Shown: positions 37,301 through 46,947, counted from the first letter of the stretch. The stretch is 64,000 bases of DNA from Leptonemataceae bacterium (GCA_965227295.1 OZ245742.1:4320001-4384000), one strand, 5' to 3'. Numbers and translations: made by a program. The notes: a model not told the origin generated them from the letters alone.

Positions 37301-37487
37301 TTTCGAGGACGTGCCACCGCGGAACCGGTGACGCCGGAATCTTCCAGTGTTGCGCCGGAAGCTGTGACGGCAGTGCCAACAGAAAGGTCGCAACGAGACC
37401 CGGCAGGAATAGACGATAGAACTTGACCGAAAAGGATCGGCGGTCAGCCTGACAGTCTGTGCGCCAGCGAGGAACCTTCCGCCGCAT
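34332..37487 (-). CDS. Omp85/BamA-superfamily protein with N-terminal gluzincin-like peptidase and TolB/WD40 propeller (start uncertain)
   Basis: HEIAH plus WLMEGLCEY; PALSPDG/SWSPDG repeats; IRGYD barrel motif; terminal FSVGFNF. Confidence 0.85.
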   Translation of the reverse strand: MRRKVPRWRTDCQADRRSFSVKFYRLFLPGLVATFLLALPSQLPAQHWKIPASPVPRWHVLETQHFRIHYPPGYEEVAVRASVIAEEAHARFRRVLGHRMQEVIPIFLYASNQDFSATNILPFSPGESTGGFTDFFRRRVVVPFNGDYESLRHVLSHEIAHAFQFDVFIGPRYDLYPLWLMEGLCEYLTLGWDASAEVFVRDLALHGKLPSIADLEAGRVRSGYAFYKMGQAVFVFIEERFGRERVEFFVKEIAALRDPRTAYHSAFDMTPEEFDLAFVDYWYDRYAPARAALQQNDARMRPVSLRFDPDGPLSDRIGFHLHPALSPDGKSIAYISATGIFPSIVVRPAPGPDVSPDQLDETVIVVKALRSKRYEEYQPLTTRLSWSPDGRFLLVAGRFAGEQALLIVDVREESVIRALRPPFDAMQYPVFGPDGQSVVFTGVTRGRSDLFVLTLSDGTLRRLTDDDAYESDARLSNDGRFVFFSVGRDAPGRRDLVRLRLRADDGSWLNANERYLSRNLLTDLPGRAEAPLPAEGDSLIFTSDHSGVRNLYRLENASVRSVAVVAEDVQPLTQSATGVVHASLVMAGRCEIVTQEDDAADSVAVPEECEGLAFTERRDGALELVYLPAGLGADGRRSENPRRISAATPLDPETRTFDPALYRSPLANVVLDEAPEYLDFGREYRPALSFEGFPFVLVGGGSDADGETRIAGIAAAQFADDAGDHRLFTLLGYGEAPPEWSLDLRYSYLKLRPDFFAGVYRQSGAFPVQTFYDLSLNNILYNPYFRVLDQDVYGVYGGVEYPLHKFGSLTLAFEQGREERIFRRRLPEEREQEDVFVNHYQVSLSYRFDNTVYGRYGALDGHGIFFSYGVPLRPLGIEREVYALAAEYRLHHWFENGWTFHWRLFGGSVTGGDATDYPFRIGGYATIRGYDFQEFEGRHAFFSNVELRVPFVKYILFGFPAEWSPGGIQGVLFVDAGSAFDDSDTYQAYDSDANSTRDLYASYGVGIHWQNFMWFVIPGAVMKIEWATPYDFKTSDPPRKWKGVFSVGFNF

Positions 37488-39891
37488 CATCACCATTGTC
37501 ATTCTGCTCGCCGTCGCGATTCCCGTCGTCCCGTACCTGCTTGAACAACGCATCGCCGCCGGCCTGAATACCGAAAGCATTCGCACCGAACTGGCGAACG
37601 CCGTGCACCGGCGCACCGGGCTGCATCTCCAGGTCCAGGGGCTGCGCTTCGATCTGCTACGCGGTATCGTTCTGAATGGAGCCGCTTTTTACGAGGAAAA
37701 AACCGACGATGAGCGGCAAGCACCGAACGCCGCGGACGTCGAACGCGTGTACCTCGTCCGCGCCGAGAAGGTCTATCTGGTCTTTTCCCTGCTCGATTAC
37801 TTCCGCGGCCTGCCGCCGGTATACGAGATCCGCCTGGAAGAAGGTCGCTGGAATTCCATGCACCGCCGTCCGTCCGGCTGGTGGGATCTGTTCACGGAAT
37901 CCCTCACCCGGTCCCCGGAACCCGGCGCCGCCACGGATCCACGCAACGATGCGGCGGCCGACTATCTTCGCGACGATGTGCGCATTCGCCTCCGCGATCT
38001 GCGCATCGATCTCGAAGGCTGGAACCCCGGCCGCAACGTCCAGGCGCCGCGGCTCCGCTTCGACCTCACCTACGAACACAACCCCGAAGGCGGCGGTCAC
38101 ATACAAATGGAGATCCGTGCCGAACAGGAGCTCGGCGGCCGACTGCGCGCCCACGGTTCCTTCGATGCCCGGGGCGCCGGCCGATTGCACTTCAGCATCG
38201 AAGACATGAAACTCGAAGGCCTGGCCGCCGCCATCGACGATACGCCGCTCGTGCCCGTGGAACTGGCCGGCGACGACGCCCCGCTGCGAATCCGCGGCGG
38301 GGAACTGAACGGCGAGGGATCCTTCGACTCCTACGTCACGCCGCCGGGGGGCGAGGAAGCGGTACAAAGATCCATCGGTCTGAACTTTACGGGACGCTAT
38401 CGGCGCACGGGGTTGAGCGCCGGCGACGGCGAAAACACCCTGGTTGCCATCGAAGAGACCGGCGGACGCATTCATTACAACGGGGGCTACATCCCCGACC
38501 CGGGAGAAGGCCGACACCGCGACGAACACACCGGCGCCTACTTCGAACTGAGCGTGGAAAGCCGACGGGACCCCGGCGGCCGACGCCCCTACACACTGGA
38601 CGTTGCGCACTACGATCTGCCCCTGGAAAGCCGGCGCGGCGAAGACCAGGCCTACCTGAGTTTTCGTGGCAAGCTTTTAGCCAGCGAGAGTTTGCAGGTA
38701 AAGGGATTCAGCGCGGGAGAGCTGGAGTTCGACCTGCGCTTCGACCGGCCGTTCACACGACCGCGCTACGGAGTACAGGAAAGCTATCCGCGCGGCAGCC
38801 TGCGCATCAGCGGCGCCCGGCCGGAACTGCTGGACTTCGCCAGGGCTCCCGGCAGCGACGAGGGAGCACCGCCGCTATTGATTCAGAGCGCAAACCTTAC
38901 CCTGGAACCGGGCAACGACGAACGCCGGCCGGAAGCGACGCTCAAGGGCAACGTGCAGGCCACTCTGCTGGGCGGCAAACTGGAGGCCGACGTCAGCGGA
39001 ACGGCGAAGTTGCTCTACGGCCCCGGCCCCGCGGGCGGTCCGTCAGCGTATCGCATAGCAGTCGACGGCGAGTTCGACAGCAGCCTGGACTCCCTGTCCG
39101 TGACGGACCTGGTCAACGTGATCTACGACGGCCATCGGAGCATCCACAGTACCGGAAGTAATTCCGAAACCCGCCGCGCCGAGGACCTCGGTCCCGTCTG
39201 GCACAACAAGTTTTACGAAAGCCCGCTCTATACCACGCTCATCGGCAACGTCGATCTGCGCGGGAACCTGACTGTCCGCAGCGCTCAGCCCCAGGGACTC
39301 TTGCCGCCCGGGCAAAACCTGAGCGCCCGCCTGTCCAACGGCTACCTGCGCATCGACAGCGACTCGGAGCAATTGGACTTCCGGTACGAAGCGAACTTCC
39401 AGGCCCTCCTGCCCCGCCAGGACTTTCAACTGCGCTGGCAGGTCCCCGAAAACCGGCAAGCCTTCCCGCGCTTTACCGGCAGCGAAAAACCGCCCGGCAG
39501 CATCGACCTGCGCTTCAGTTACGGCGGTGATGGGGTCCTGGCGGGAGACATGATTCAGCGATCATACAGCCGCTTCGAACTGGAAGCCGGGAACGTAAGC
39601 CTGGGCCGCCGGCCGACATTGGAAGCCATTCGCCTGCAGGCTGCGTTGCCGGCCGGCGAAACACATCTCGACCGCTTTCAAATCCTGCGCAGCACCGAGG
39701 GTGGCGCCGTAAGCCTGCGTGTCCGCGGCGACGCAAACGACCTGCAGGTCAGCGCCACCGGCGAGGCCATCATCGGTTACGGCGGCGAACTGGAAGTACG
39801 CTATTACATCGCCGACGGCGCCGAACGCGGGAACATGGAATTTCGCATCCACCCGAACGGGCGCTACGTCCCGCGCGCCGGAACTCTGTAA
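37459..39891 (+). CDS. AsmA/TamB-like membrane-anchored beta-rich protein
   Basis: Single N-terminal TM, then IRTELANAVHRRTGLHLQVQGLRFDLLRGIVL (AsmA-N-like), followed by a long Gly/beta-strand-rich body. Confidence 0.6.
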   Translation: MRQRGTFRRIITIVILLAVAIPVVPYLLEQRIAAGLNTESIRTELANAVHRRTGLHLQVQGLRFDLLRGIVLNGAAFYEEKTDDERQAPNAADVERVYLVRAEKVYLVFSLLDYFRGLPPVYEIRLEEGRWNSMHRRPSGWWDLFTESLTRSPEPGAATDPRNDAAADYLRDDVRIRLRDLRIDLEGWNPGRNVQAPRLRFDLTYEHNPEGGGHIQMEIRAEQELGGRLRAHGSFDARGAGRLHFSIEDMKLEGLAAAIDDTPLVPVELAGDDAPLRIRGGELNGEGSFDSYVTPPGGEEAVQRSIGLNFTGRYRRTGLSAGDGENTLVAIEETGGRIHYNGGYIPDPGEGRHRDEHTGAYFELSVESRRDPGGRRPYTLDVAHYDLPLESRRGEDQAYLSFRGKLLASESLQVKGFSAGELEFDLRFDRPFTRPRYGVQESYPRGSLRISGARPELLDFARAPGSDEGAPPLLIQSANLTLEPGNDERRPEATLKGNVQATLLGGKLEADVSGTAKLLYGPGPAGGPSAYRIAVDGEFDSSLDSLSVTDLVNVIYDGHRSIHSTGSNSETRRAEDLGPVWHNKFYESPLYTTLIGNVDLRGNLTVRSAQPQGLLPPGQNLSARLSNGYLRIDSDSEQLDFRYEANFQALLPRQDFQLRWQVPENRQAFPRFTGSEKPPGSIDLRFSYGGDGVLAGDMIQRSYSRFELEAGNVSLGRRPTLEAIRLQAALPAGETHLDRFQILRSTEGGAVSLRVRGDANDLQVSATGEAIIGYGGELEVRYYIADGAERGNMEFRIHPNGRYVPRAGTL

Positions 39892-40046
39892 CAGTATTTC
39901 GTATGAACTCAAGAACTATTAAAATAATTCATACGACATCAACGCGAAATTAATTATATTAAAGAAACTCGAAAAAAACTGTAAATCTTCTCAGACTCCC
40001 TGTTTACCGGCCTTGCCGTCGCATCGGCACTGTCCAGAGTGTCGTC

Positions 40047-40487
40047 GTGCGGGATATCGATGCCCTGATGCGCGAAATCGGCCCGTGGCTCAAAGAGCTG
40101 CGCCGGCGCAAAGGTGTATCTCAATCGCAGTTAAGCGAGGAGATGGCCGCCCGCTACGACATCCATCTCGAACCCAGTCGCTACTCGCAGATGGAACGCG
40201 GCAAAGAAGGCCCGCCGACGCTCAAAACCTTCCTGTCGATGATCGACTACTACAGTGCGGATCTGGCGACGCTCTTCGGCCCGTCCTCCCAGGGACAGAT
40301 CACCGGCCTCGACTTCGTCTTCACCGATCCGGTGCTTACCAGCGAGCTGCTGCAACTGCGGGATACCTGGGGCGAGGGAGAAGCCGCCCGCATCCTGCTA
40401 CAGTTATCGCGCCTCGTGAACTCTCTGAACGAGGGCGACGGGCGGGGACGCCGATATCGCGCCGCCCGCCCCGACGCTCCCGACTGA
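40047..40487 (+). CDS. XRE-family helix-turn-helix regulator (paralogue 1)
   Basis: IGPWLKELRRRKGVSQSQLS...YSQMERGK; start GTG 40047 or ATG 40068. Confidence 0.85.
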   Translation: MRDIDALMREIGPWLKELRRRKGVSQSQLSEEMAARYDIHLEPSRYSQMERGKEGPPTLKTFLSMIDYYSADLATLFGPSSQGQITGLDFVFTDPVLTSELLQLRDTWGEGEAARILLQLSRLVNSLNEGDGRGRRYRAARPDAPD

Positions 40488-40691
40488 GCCGACGGGGCGG
40501 TAAGATCCTTCCAATCCCGCCGGGAACGGGATTATTCTTCCGTCAAACTGAAAATACTTTAATTTATTTAATAATATTGTGAACGAATCCAGGGCCTGAT
40601 TTAAGACTATTACACAAATTCGCACTTTTTCTTAGCTCAATTACAGTCTTGCATGACGGCCTGCTTGCCGGAATCATTTCGGGAAACGAAC

Positions 40692-41108
40692 ATGGCGTCT
40701 ATGGCCAAGTCCCTGGAACACATTGTCAAAAAGATCGGTGAGCGATTGCGCACCGTCCGTGAGACCAGGGGCAAGAACATGACCATCGCCAGGGAGATTC
40801 GCGAGACTTACGGCGTGAAGATCGATCCGTCGTATCTTTCGCGCATGGAACGCGGCAAGGCGGAGATCCCGCTCCGGACCCTGTTCGCCCTTTCCGATTA
40901 CTACGGCGTGGAAGTCGCCACGGTCATCGATCCCTCGGCTCAGGGCGACGCCGCGGGTATCGAGTACATCCTGGCCGATCCGGATCTCGTGCGTATGCTC
41001 ACGCATTTGCAGATGGAACTCGGCGACCAGAACGCCCGCCATCATCTCAAGCGCAGCATCGAACAGCTCCTGGAGCTCAGCAAGTCCCGCAAGCCGGAAG
41101 AAACGTAG
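40692..41108 (+). CDS. XRE-family helix-turn-helix regulator (paralogue 2)
   Basis: IGERLRTVRETRG...SYLSRMERGKAEIPLRTL; alignable to paralogue 1 along its length. Confidence 0.85.
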   Translation: MASMAKSLEHIVKKIGERLRTVRETRGKNMTIAREIRETYGVKIDPSYLSRMERGKAEIPLRTLFALSDYYGVEVATVIDPSAQGDAAGIEYILADPDLVRMLTHLQMELGDQNARHHLKRSIEQLLELSKSRKPEET

Positions 41109-41133
41109 GAACTCCTACACCCGGAATCCAGAA

Positions 41134-41426
41134 ATCTTCGCGTCAGCGATTGGAGCCGTGGCCGAAGGCCAGTCCGGAGCGAAGCGCAGGACCGAAGCGA
41201 AGCGTAGCGGCGGAAAGCGCGGTCGAAAGGCGCCTGGGCCTGGCGCCTTTCGAGACGCCCAAAAGACGAAAACAGAAGATTCAAAATTCTTTTGGGCGTC
41301 TGCCCGGCCGCGCCGCGGTTGCGACCGGGCACCGCGCTACTCCGGGCTCCGGCTTCGCCTTCGGTCCCGGCCTTCGGCCGTGACTGTCGCTGCGCGCCAC
41401 CCTCCGTATCGCTGACGCGGAAGAGT
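41134..41426. repeat. Inverted pair of structured repeats: copy D (41134-41263, +) and copy D' (41291-41426, -)
   Basis: Both read GCGTCAGCGAT...AGCGCGGT...GACGCCCAAAAGA on their own strands. Confidence 0.9.
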
Positions 41427-41496
41427 CTAAGGCCGGAATCTTTCACTATTATCACTTGACCGATTCGCGGTCCGGGGGCCTGGATTCCCGCGGCGC

Positions 41497-42126
41497 ATGA
41501 AATTCACCGACGTCTTCAAAGAAAACTTTCTGAACGTCTCGAACAGCCTGTCGGTGCTGCGGATCATCCTGCTGCCGTTCTTCTTTTATTATAGCAAGCT
41601 TTACGCCGCCGATCCCGGCAATGACCGCCTCATGGCCATCGTCGTCGTTCTGATCGTCTTCGCGGTACTCAGCGACTTCCTGGACGGCTACCTGGCCCGC
41701 CGCTGGCACCAGGAAACGAAGATGGGCCGCTATCTGGATCCTATCGCCGACAAAACCACCAGCCTGGTGGCACTGATCATCCTTTTGCTGTACTTCGAAT
41801 TCCCGCTGTGGGTCTTCCTGCTCTTTCTCTTCCGGGAGGTCGGCGGAGTCTGGATGGGAACGTTTCTGTATTTTAAGCGCGATATGCAGGGCAAACCGAA
41901 CATCTGGGGCAAGCTGGGGGTCACGCTGACCGCGCTCTGCGTACTGTGGTACGCCCTGTCCCCGCGGCTCCAACTGCTGTTCCCCGAAGACCACGTAGTG
42001 AACATGCCCTGGCTCGCCGCTTACGCCTACGCCGTCGTCATGGTGATCGGCATCGCCGCCTACTGGTGGACCTACTGGGACGTGATCTTTTACGGCAAGG
42101 CCGATGAAGAAAAAGAGGAAAGCTGA
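41497..42126 (+). CDS. CDP-alcohol phosphatidyltransferase (PgsA-like)
   Basis: SNSLSVLRI, DFLDGYLAR...GRYLDPIADK signature. Confidence 0.92.
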   Translation: MKFTDVFKENFLNVSNSLSVLRIILLPFFFYYSKLYAADPGNDRLMAIVVVLIVFAVLSDFLDGYLARRWHQETKMGRYLDPIADKTTSLVALIILLLYFEFPLWVFLLFLFREVGGVWMGTFLYFKRDMQGKPNIWGKLGVTLTALCVLWYALSPRLQLLFPEDHVVNMPWLAAYAYAVVMVIGIAAYWWTYWDVIFYGKADEEKEES

Positions 42127-42252
42127 TCCAACATAATTACTTGACAGATGTGGAGCATTGTTTATTGTGCGGTAGAATATTTCAGGGAGCGCTCACGCGC
42201 ATTTTTTTTGAATCATCACGAAAATTATGTCCCCTGCTCCCCGAGACGGCCG

Positions 42253-42280
42253 GAAAATGTCACACCCCTGTGGTAGGCTG
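42253..42280 (+). promoter_or_regulatory. recA promoter motif TGTCAC-N10-TAGGCT (PafBC/RecA-NDp-like), copy 2
   Basis: GAAAATGTCACACCCCTGTGGTAGGCTG ending about 30 nt before the recA ATG. Confidence 0.7.
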
Positions 42281-42311
42281 ACGGCATCTTAAACACAGCG
42301 AGGAATCATTT

Positions 42312-43547
42312 ATGGCACGCGCTAAAAAAACCGAATCCAAACTCGACGCCATGAAGGCGGCCCGGGAAAAGGCCGGCTCCGGCGACATCAAAGAACGCCT
42401 GCAGGCCGTCACCGGCGCCATGCAGCAAATCGAACGCCAGTTCGGCAAAGGTTCGATCATGAAACTCGGGGACCAGACCATCCCGCAGGAAATCGGTCAC
42501 ATCCCCACGGGGGCACTCACCGTGGACTTCGCCCTCGGCATCGGCGGTTTTCCGCGCGGCCGGGTCGTGGAAATCTTCGGACCGGAGTCCTCCGGCAAAA
42601 CGACGCTCTGTCTCTCGGCCGTGGCCCATGCCCAGGCCAACGGCGGCATCGCGGCCTTCGTGGACGCGGAGCACGCCCTCGATCCCTATTTCGCCCGGCG
42701 CCTCGGCGTAAACATCGACGACCTCCTGGTCGCCCAACCGGACAACGGCGAAGAAGCCCTGGAAATCACCGAGTCCTTGGTTCGTTCGAACGCGGTGGAC
42801 ATCATCGTCGTGGACTCGGTGGCCGCGCTGGTTCCGAAAACGGAACTGGAAGGCAACATGGGCGACGCCCAAATGGGTCTGCACGCCCGGCTCATGTCCC
42901 AGGCGTTGCGCAAACTCACCGGCACCATCTCGAAGTCGCACACCACGGTCGTCTTCGTAAACCAGATCCGCCACAAAATCGGCGTCATGTTCGGTTCGCC
43001 GGAAACGACGACCGGCGGGAACGCGCTAAAATTCTACGCTTCGGTTCGCCTGGACATTCGGCGCATTGAAACGTTGAAGAAAGGCGACGAGCCCTTCGGC
43101 AACCGTGTCCGCGTGAAGGTCGTAAAGAACAAGGTGGCCCCGCCCTTTCGCCAGGCCGAGTTCGACATTCTCTTCGATCGCGGCATCAACAAGGTCGGCT
43201 GCCTCCTGGACCTCGGCGTGAACGACGGGCTCATCGAGCGCTCCGGCACGTGGTACTCGTACCAGGACAATCGCATCGGTCAGGGGCGCGAGAACGCCTG
43301 CCAGTTTCTGAGAGAGAATCCGGATGTGGCCGGGGAAATCGAAGCGGAACTGCGCAAACGTCAACTGGAAGCGCGGCAGCAGGGTCTCGAAGAGGCCTTC
43401 GGAGAAAAAGCCGATCCGGACGACGGCGACGAAGAAGCGGCTCCGAAAAAGAAATCAAAGAAAACCTCCGCGAAGAAAACGGCCCCGGCCAACATCGACC
43501 CGGATACCGGCGAAATCCTGGAGGATGTCGAAGAGAACGCAGGTTGA
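42312..43547 (+). CDS. recA: Recombinase RecA
   Basis: [49 protein letters not shown]. Confidence 0.99.
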   Translation: MARAKKTESKLDAMKAAREKAGSGDIKERLQAVTGAMQQIERQFGKGSIMKLGDQTIPQEIGHIPTGALTVDFALGIGGFPRGRVVEIFGPESSGKTTLCLSAVAHAQANGGIAAFVDAEHALDPYFARRLGVNIDDLLVAQPDNGEEALEITESLVRSNAVDIIVVDSVAALVPKTELEGNMGDAQMGLHARLMSQALRKLTGTISKSHTTVVFVNQIRHKIGVMFGSPETTTGGNALKFYASVRLDIRRIETLKKGDEPFGNRVRVKVVKNKVAPPFRQAEFDILFDRGINKVGCLLDLGVNDGLIERSGTWYSYQDNRIGQGRENACQFLRENPDVAGEIEAELRKRQLEARQQGLEEAFGEKADPDDGDEEAAPKKKSKKTSAKKTAPANIDPDTGEILEDVEENAG

Positions 43548-43580
43548 CATCAGGCTCCCGCCCCGGGACACCGCGCTATC

Positions 43581-44630
43581 ATGACAGCAAACGGCAACGA
43601 CATTGCGATCATCGGCGCGGGCGGATTTTCCGGGCGGGAGCTGCTGAATCTGCTCCGCGATCATCCGGCATGTCGGCCGGTTCACATTACTTCGAATCTC
43701 TACGCGGGCACGCACATCGCTGAAGTTTTTCCGGATCTCGACGGCGTTTACGATGTTACATTTTCCCGTCACGACGATCCACTACCGCCGGGCTGCACGG
43801 TGTTCCTCGCGGTGCCCAACGACACCGCGCTCGAAACCGTACCGAAACTCCTGGATGCGGGACACCGGGTCATTGATCTCAGCGGGGCCTTTCGTCTACA
43901 CGATCGTACAATCTGGGAAAAGTACTACAAGCTGGAGCACACCGCCTTTCATCTCATGGAAGAAGCGGTCTTCGGCATGCCCGAACTATTCCGGGAACAA
44001 ATTTCCGGCGCGCGGTTGATCGCAAACCCCGGCTGTTATTCGACGGCGGCCATTCTGCCGCTCTACCTGCTCGGCGAAGCGCGCACGCAACTGCGGAGCG
44101 TCATTATCGATGCCAAGTCCGGGGTCTCCGGCGCCGGTGGTCGATCCGAGGACGGGGGCTTTGTCTTTCACAAGGTTCACGAAAACTTTCGGGCCTACAA
44201 GATCCTGGGCCACCAGCACCAACCCGAAATCGAAGAATACGCCGCCACGCACTGGGACGGCCGGAGTACGTTGCCCGTCGTCTTCACACCGCATCTGTTG
44301 CCGCTCTATCGCGGCATCCTGGCCACCATCGTCCTGGTCTGGGAAGATTCCGCACCGGCCGATCTGGAAGATCGCATCCGCGGCGCATGTGAGCAAGAGC
44401 CCTTTCTCCGCTTTCGAAATACGCCGGAGGAAATCGAACTCAGCCGGGTCCAGCACACGAACTACCTCGACGTGGCCCTCCGCTCCGACGGCAACACCAC
44501 CGTGATGTTGACCGCGCTGGACAACCTGGTGAAGGGCGCGGCCGGCCAGGCCGTACAGAATTTGAACCTCATGCTCGGTCAACCGGAGACAGCCGGCCTG
44601 TTGCCGGGCGTAAGCGCCGTTCGTACTTGA
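43581..44630 (+). CDS. argC: N-acetyl-gamma-glutamyl-phosphate reductase
   Basis: GAGGFSG, IDLSGAFR, ANPGCY, SGVSGAG, DNLVKGAAGQAVQN. Confidence 0.96.
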   Translation: MTANGNDIAIIGAGGFSGRELLNLLRDHPACRPVHITSNLYAGTHIAEVFPDLDGVYDVTFSRHDDPLPPGCTVFLAVPNDTALETVPKLLDAGHRVIDLSGAFRLHDRTIWEKYYKLEHTAFHLMEEAVFGMPELFREQISGARLIANPGCYSTAAILPLYLLGEARTQLRSVIIDAKSGVSGAGGRSEDGGFVFHKVHENFRAYKILGHQHQPEIEEYAATHWDGRSTLPVVFTPHLLPLYRGILATIVLVWEDSAPADLEDRIRGACEQEPFLRFRNTPEEIELSRVQHTNYLDVALRSDGNTTVMLTALDNLVKGAAGQAVQNLNLMLGQPETAGLLPGVSAVRT

Positions 44631-44707
44631 CCGCAGGCCCGGGCGGAAAAAACTAACAGTGGACGCTGGAGTTGGGTGCCGCCTGGTGCCGCAACCTCGG
44701 GCGACTT

Positions 44708-44779
44708 CGGGATGTAGCGCAGGGGTAGCGCACTCGTCTGGGGGGCGAGTGGTCGCTGGTTCAAATCCAGTCATCCCGA
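44708..44779 (+). tRNA. tRNA-Pro(GGG)
   Basis: Acceptor stem CGGGATG/CATCCCG; anticodon arm CTCGT-CTGGGGG-GCGAG; T-loop GGTTCAAATCC; CCA not encoded. Confidence 0.96.
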
Positions 44780-44785
44780 CATACA

Positions 44786-44831
44786 AAAAAACCCGCCGCT
44801 CTGATTCTCTCAGGCGGCGGGTTTTTGTTTT
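44786..44831. terminator. Bidirectional intrinsic terminator between tRNA-Pro and the acyl-CoA dehydrogenase
   Basis: AAAAACCCGCCGC...GCGGCGGGTTTTT stem with an A-tract on one side and a T-tract on the other. Confidence 0.88.
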
Positions 44832-44854
44832 TATCGGTGAACCGATAATACCGC

Positions 44855-46636
44855 TTACGCCGTCGTGGCCAGGGCCGGGCGGGCCGCCTGCTCTTCTTCC
44901 CGGGCCGTTTCCAGGCGCACCTGATTGCCGCGAATCATGGCCAGGCTGTCCGCGATGTACTGGCCGGCCAGCTTCTTGCGATGCTCCTGAGCTTCGCCGC
45001 TTAACTTCGATGCCGTGTACTCTAAGTGCATGGAGTTCAGGAAGCGCGCCGCGGACTCCACCGCTTCGAAGGCGTATTTCTCTTTGATCTCGCTGCTTTC
45101 GATCTCACGGTATTGCCCCACTACCGTCTCGAATGCCTCGCGGAGCTTTTGCAGTTTCGCCGACGGCGCAAATTTGCCGAGCAGATCATCGATATACGAG
45201 CGCACGATCCCTGTAGGAGACATGCCGGCTGTCACACCGCCCACCGCCGCATGCATTTGTAACTGCGTGGTGCCTTCGTAGATATTTGTGATCCGTGCGT
45301 CGCGGTAGAGCCGGGCCACGTCGTAGTCCTGGGTGTATCCCGCGCCGCCGTGGATCTGCACGGCATCGTAGGCGATGCTGTTGCACATTTCGGACGTGTA
45401 GTACTTCGTGAGCGGGGTGTAGAAATCGGCCAGCTTCTCCCACTTGCGGATTTGCTCGTCTTTGCGAATCGCCCGGTCGTCCACGCCCTCGTGTTCCAGA
45501 CGATGCTTGCGCCAGGTGTAAAGATCGATGCAACGCCCGGCTTCGTAGAGCATACAACGCATGGCCGCGGTCTCGCGTTCCATGCGATCGAGCATTTTGC
45601 GCACGGCCGGAATGTTTTCGATGGTCTTGCCGAACTGTTCCCGCTCGGAAGCGTACTTCTTCGCCTCGGCGTACGCCGCCTGGGCGATGCCCATGGACTG
45701 CGCCGAGATGGATTGCCGTGCGGCGTTCATCATGCCCATGGCGTAGCGCACGAGACCGTAGCCTTCTTTGCCGATCAATTGCGCCGGACTGTTTTCGTAT
45801 ACGACCTCACACGTGGGGCTGCAATGCAGGCCGAGCTTCTTCTCGATGCCGGCGATAAACACATCCTCGCTTTTTACCAGGAAAAACGACAGGCCCTTCG
45901 CGCCACTGGTGGGGCTGCCCGTACGGGCCAGGGTCAGGATGACCGAGGGGATATCGCCGAAACCGCAGCCGTGCGTAATGAATCGTTTCGCGCCGGTAAT
46001 ACGCCAGTTCCCGTCCTCATCTTTCTCCGCCCGGGTACGAACGTTAGGAAGATCGGAGCCGTAGTTCGGTTCCGTGAGGGCCATGGCGCCGCAGAGTTCA
46101 CCGGCCGCCATTTTCGGAACGTAGGTATTGACCATGTCCTCGTCGGCGAACCGTTCGATGGTCTCCGCCAGGTTGAAACATCCCATGGCAATGGCGAACG
46201 ATGCGTCGGCACGGGAAACGAGTTCCATTTGCATGGACTGTGCCAACGCCGAAAGACCGAGACCGCCGTGGCGACGGCCCATGCTGTATGCCTGAACGCC
46301 GGCCTCGCGAACTTTTTCGTAACACTCAAGCATGCCCTGCGGAAAGGTAACCTTGCCGTCGGCGTACTTCAGCCCTTCGCGATCCATATCCGCGGCACGT
46401 TCGGCAACGAAATTACCCGCGACATCGCCGGAGGAGCCCATGATCATGCGATAGGTCTCCACGGCTTCTTCCACCGTCGCCGGTGCGAACGCCAGGGCAT
46501 CATTGCCGCTTCGCTCGAATTCTTTACGATCGGCAAAGTCGCCTTCATACTCACGAACGATCTCGTCCCAATCTATGAGTTCATTGAAGTGCAGTTGGAC
46601 GTCTGCGTTATCTTCGAAATAATTCCCCTGGACCAT
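44855..46636 (-). CDS. Acyl-CoA dehydrogenase
   Basis: [54 protein letters not shown] before MVQGNY. Confidence 0.95.
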   Translation of the reverse strand: MVQGNYFEDNADVQLHFNELIDWDEIVREYEGDFADRKEFERSGNDALAFAPATVEEAVETYRMIMGSSGDVAGNFVAERAADMDREGLKYADGKVTFPQGMLECYEKVREAGVQAYSMGRRHGGLGLSALAQSMQMELVSRADASFAIAMGCFNLAETIERFADEDMVNTYVPKMAAGELCGAMALTEPNYGSDLPNVRTRAEKDEDGNWRITGAKRFITHGCGFGDIPSVILTLARTGSPTSGAKGLSFFLVKSEDVFIAGIEKKLGLHCSPTCEVVYENSPAQLIGKEGYGLVRYAMGMMNAARQSISAQSMGIAQAAYAEAKKYASEREQFGKTIENIPAVRKMLDRMERETAAMRCMLYEAGRCIDLYTWRKHRLEHEGVDDRAIRKDEQIRKWEKLADFYTPLTKYYTSEMCNSIAYDAVQIHGGAGYTQDYDVARLYRDARITNIYEGTTQLQMHAAVGGVTAGMSPTGIVRSYIDDLLGKFAPSAKLQKLREAFETVVGQYREIESSEIKEKYAFEAVESAARFLNSMHLEYTASKLSGEAQEHRKKLAGQYIADSLAMIRGNQVRLETAREEEQAARPALATTA

Positions 46637-46947
46637 CTGGAGCCTCCGTTCGATCTTCCTTTTCGTTGACATTTGTGTCAACGAACGCACGACTATGATT
46701 CCCCAGGGCTCGCTATGGTCAAGTACATTGACTCCAAAATCAATGTTCGATGAAAAAGTAGTCTAACAGCGTTCTGCGACGAAGCCCCGGCCGACCCGGT
46801 TCCAAAAATCTTACGACAATATGTTTACGTTATTCACACTTTTTATGCTCCCGCCCGCGCATTTCTATTGATCATCGAACGCTGTTTGTCGATTCGTCTA
46901 CGTACAAAGATTACCGGCCCGGGCCGGTAATCACAGGAGCTATACGC

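Noticed and set aside
5243..41426. Structured repeats considered as a CRISPR array, tRNAs or simple terminators
   Set aside because: They are dispersed rather than regularly spaced, no cas genes are present, they lack tRNA D/T-loop consensus, and they are branched without a consistent hairpin-plus-U-tract.
44708..44831. tRNA-Pro as an integration site for an island
   Set aside because: No integrase and no duplicated tRNA 3' end were seen; the flanks are housekeeping genes.
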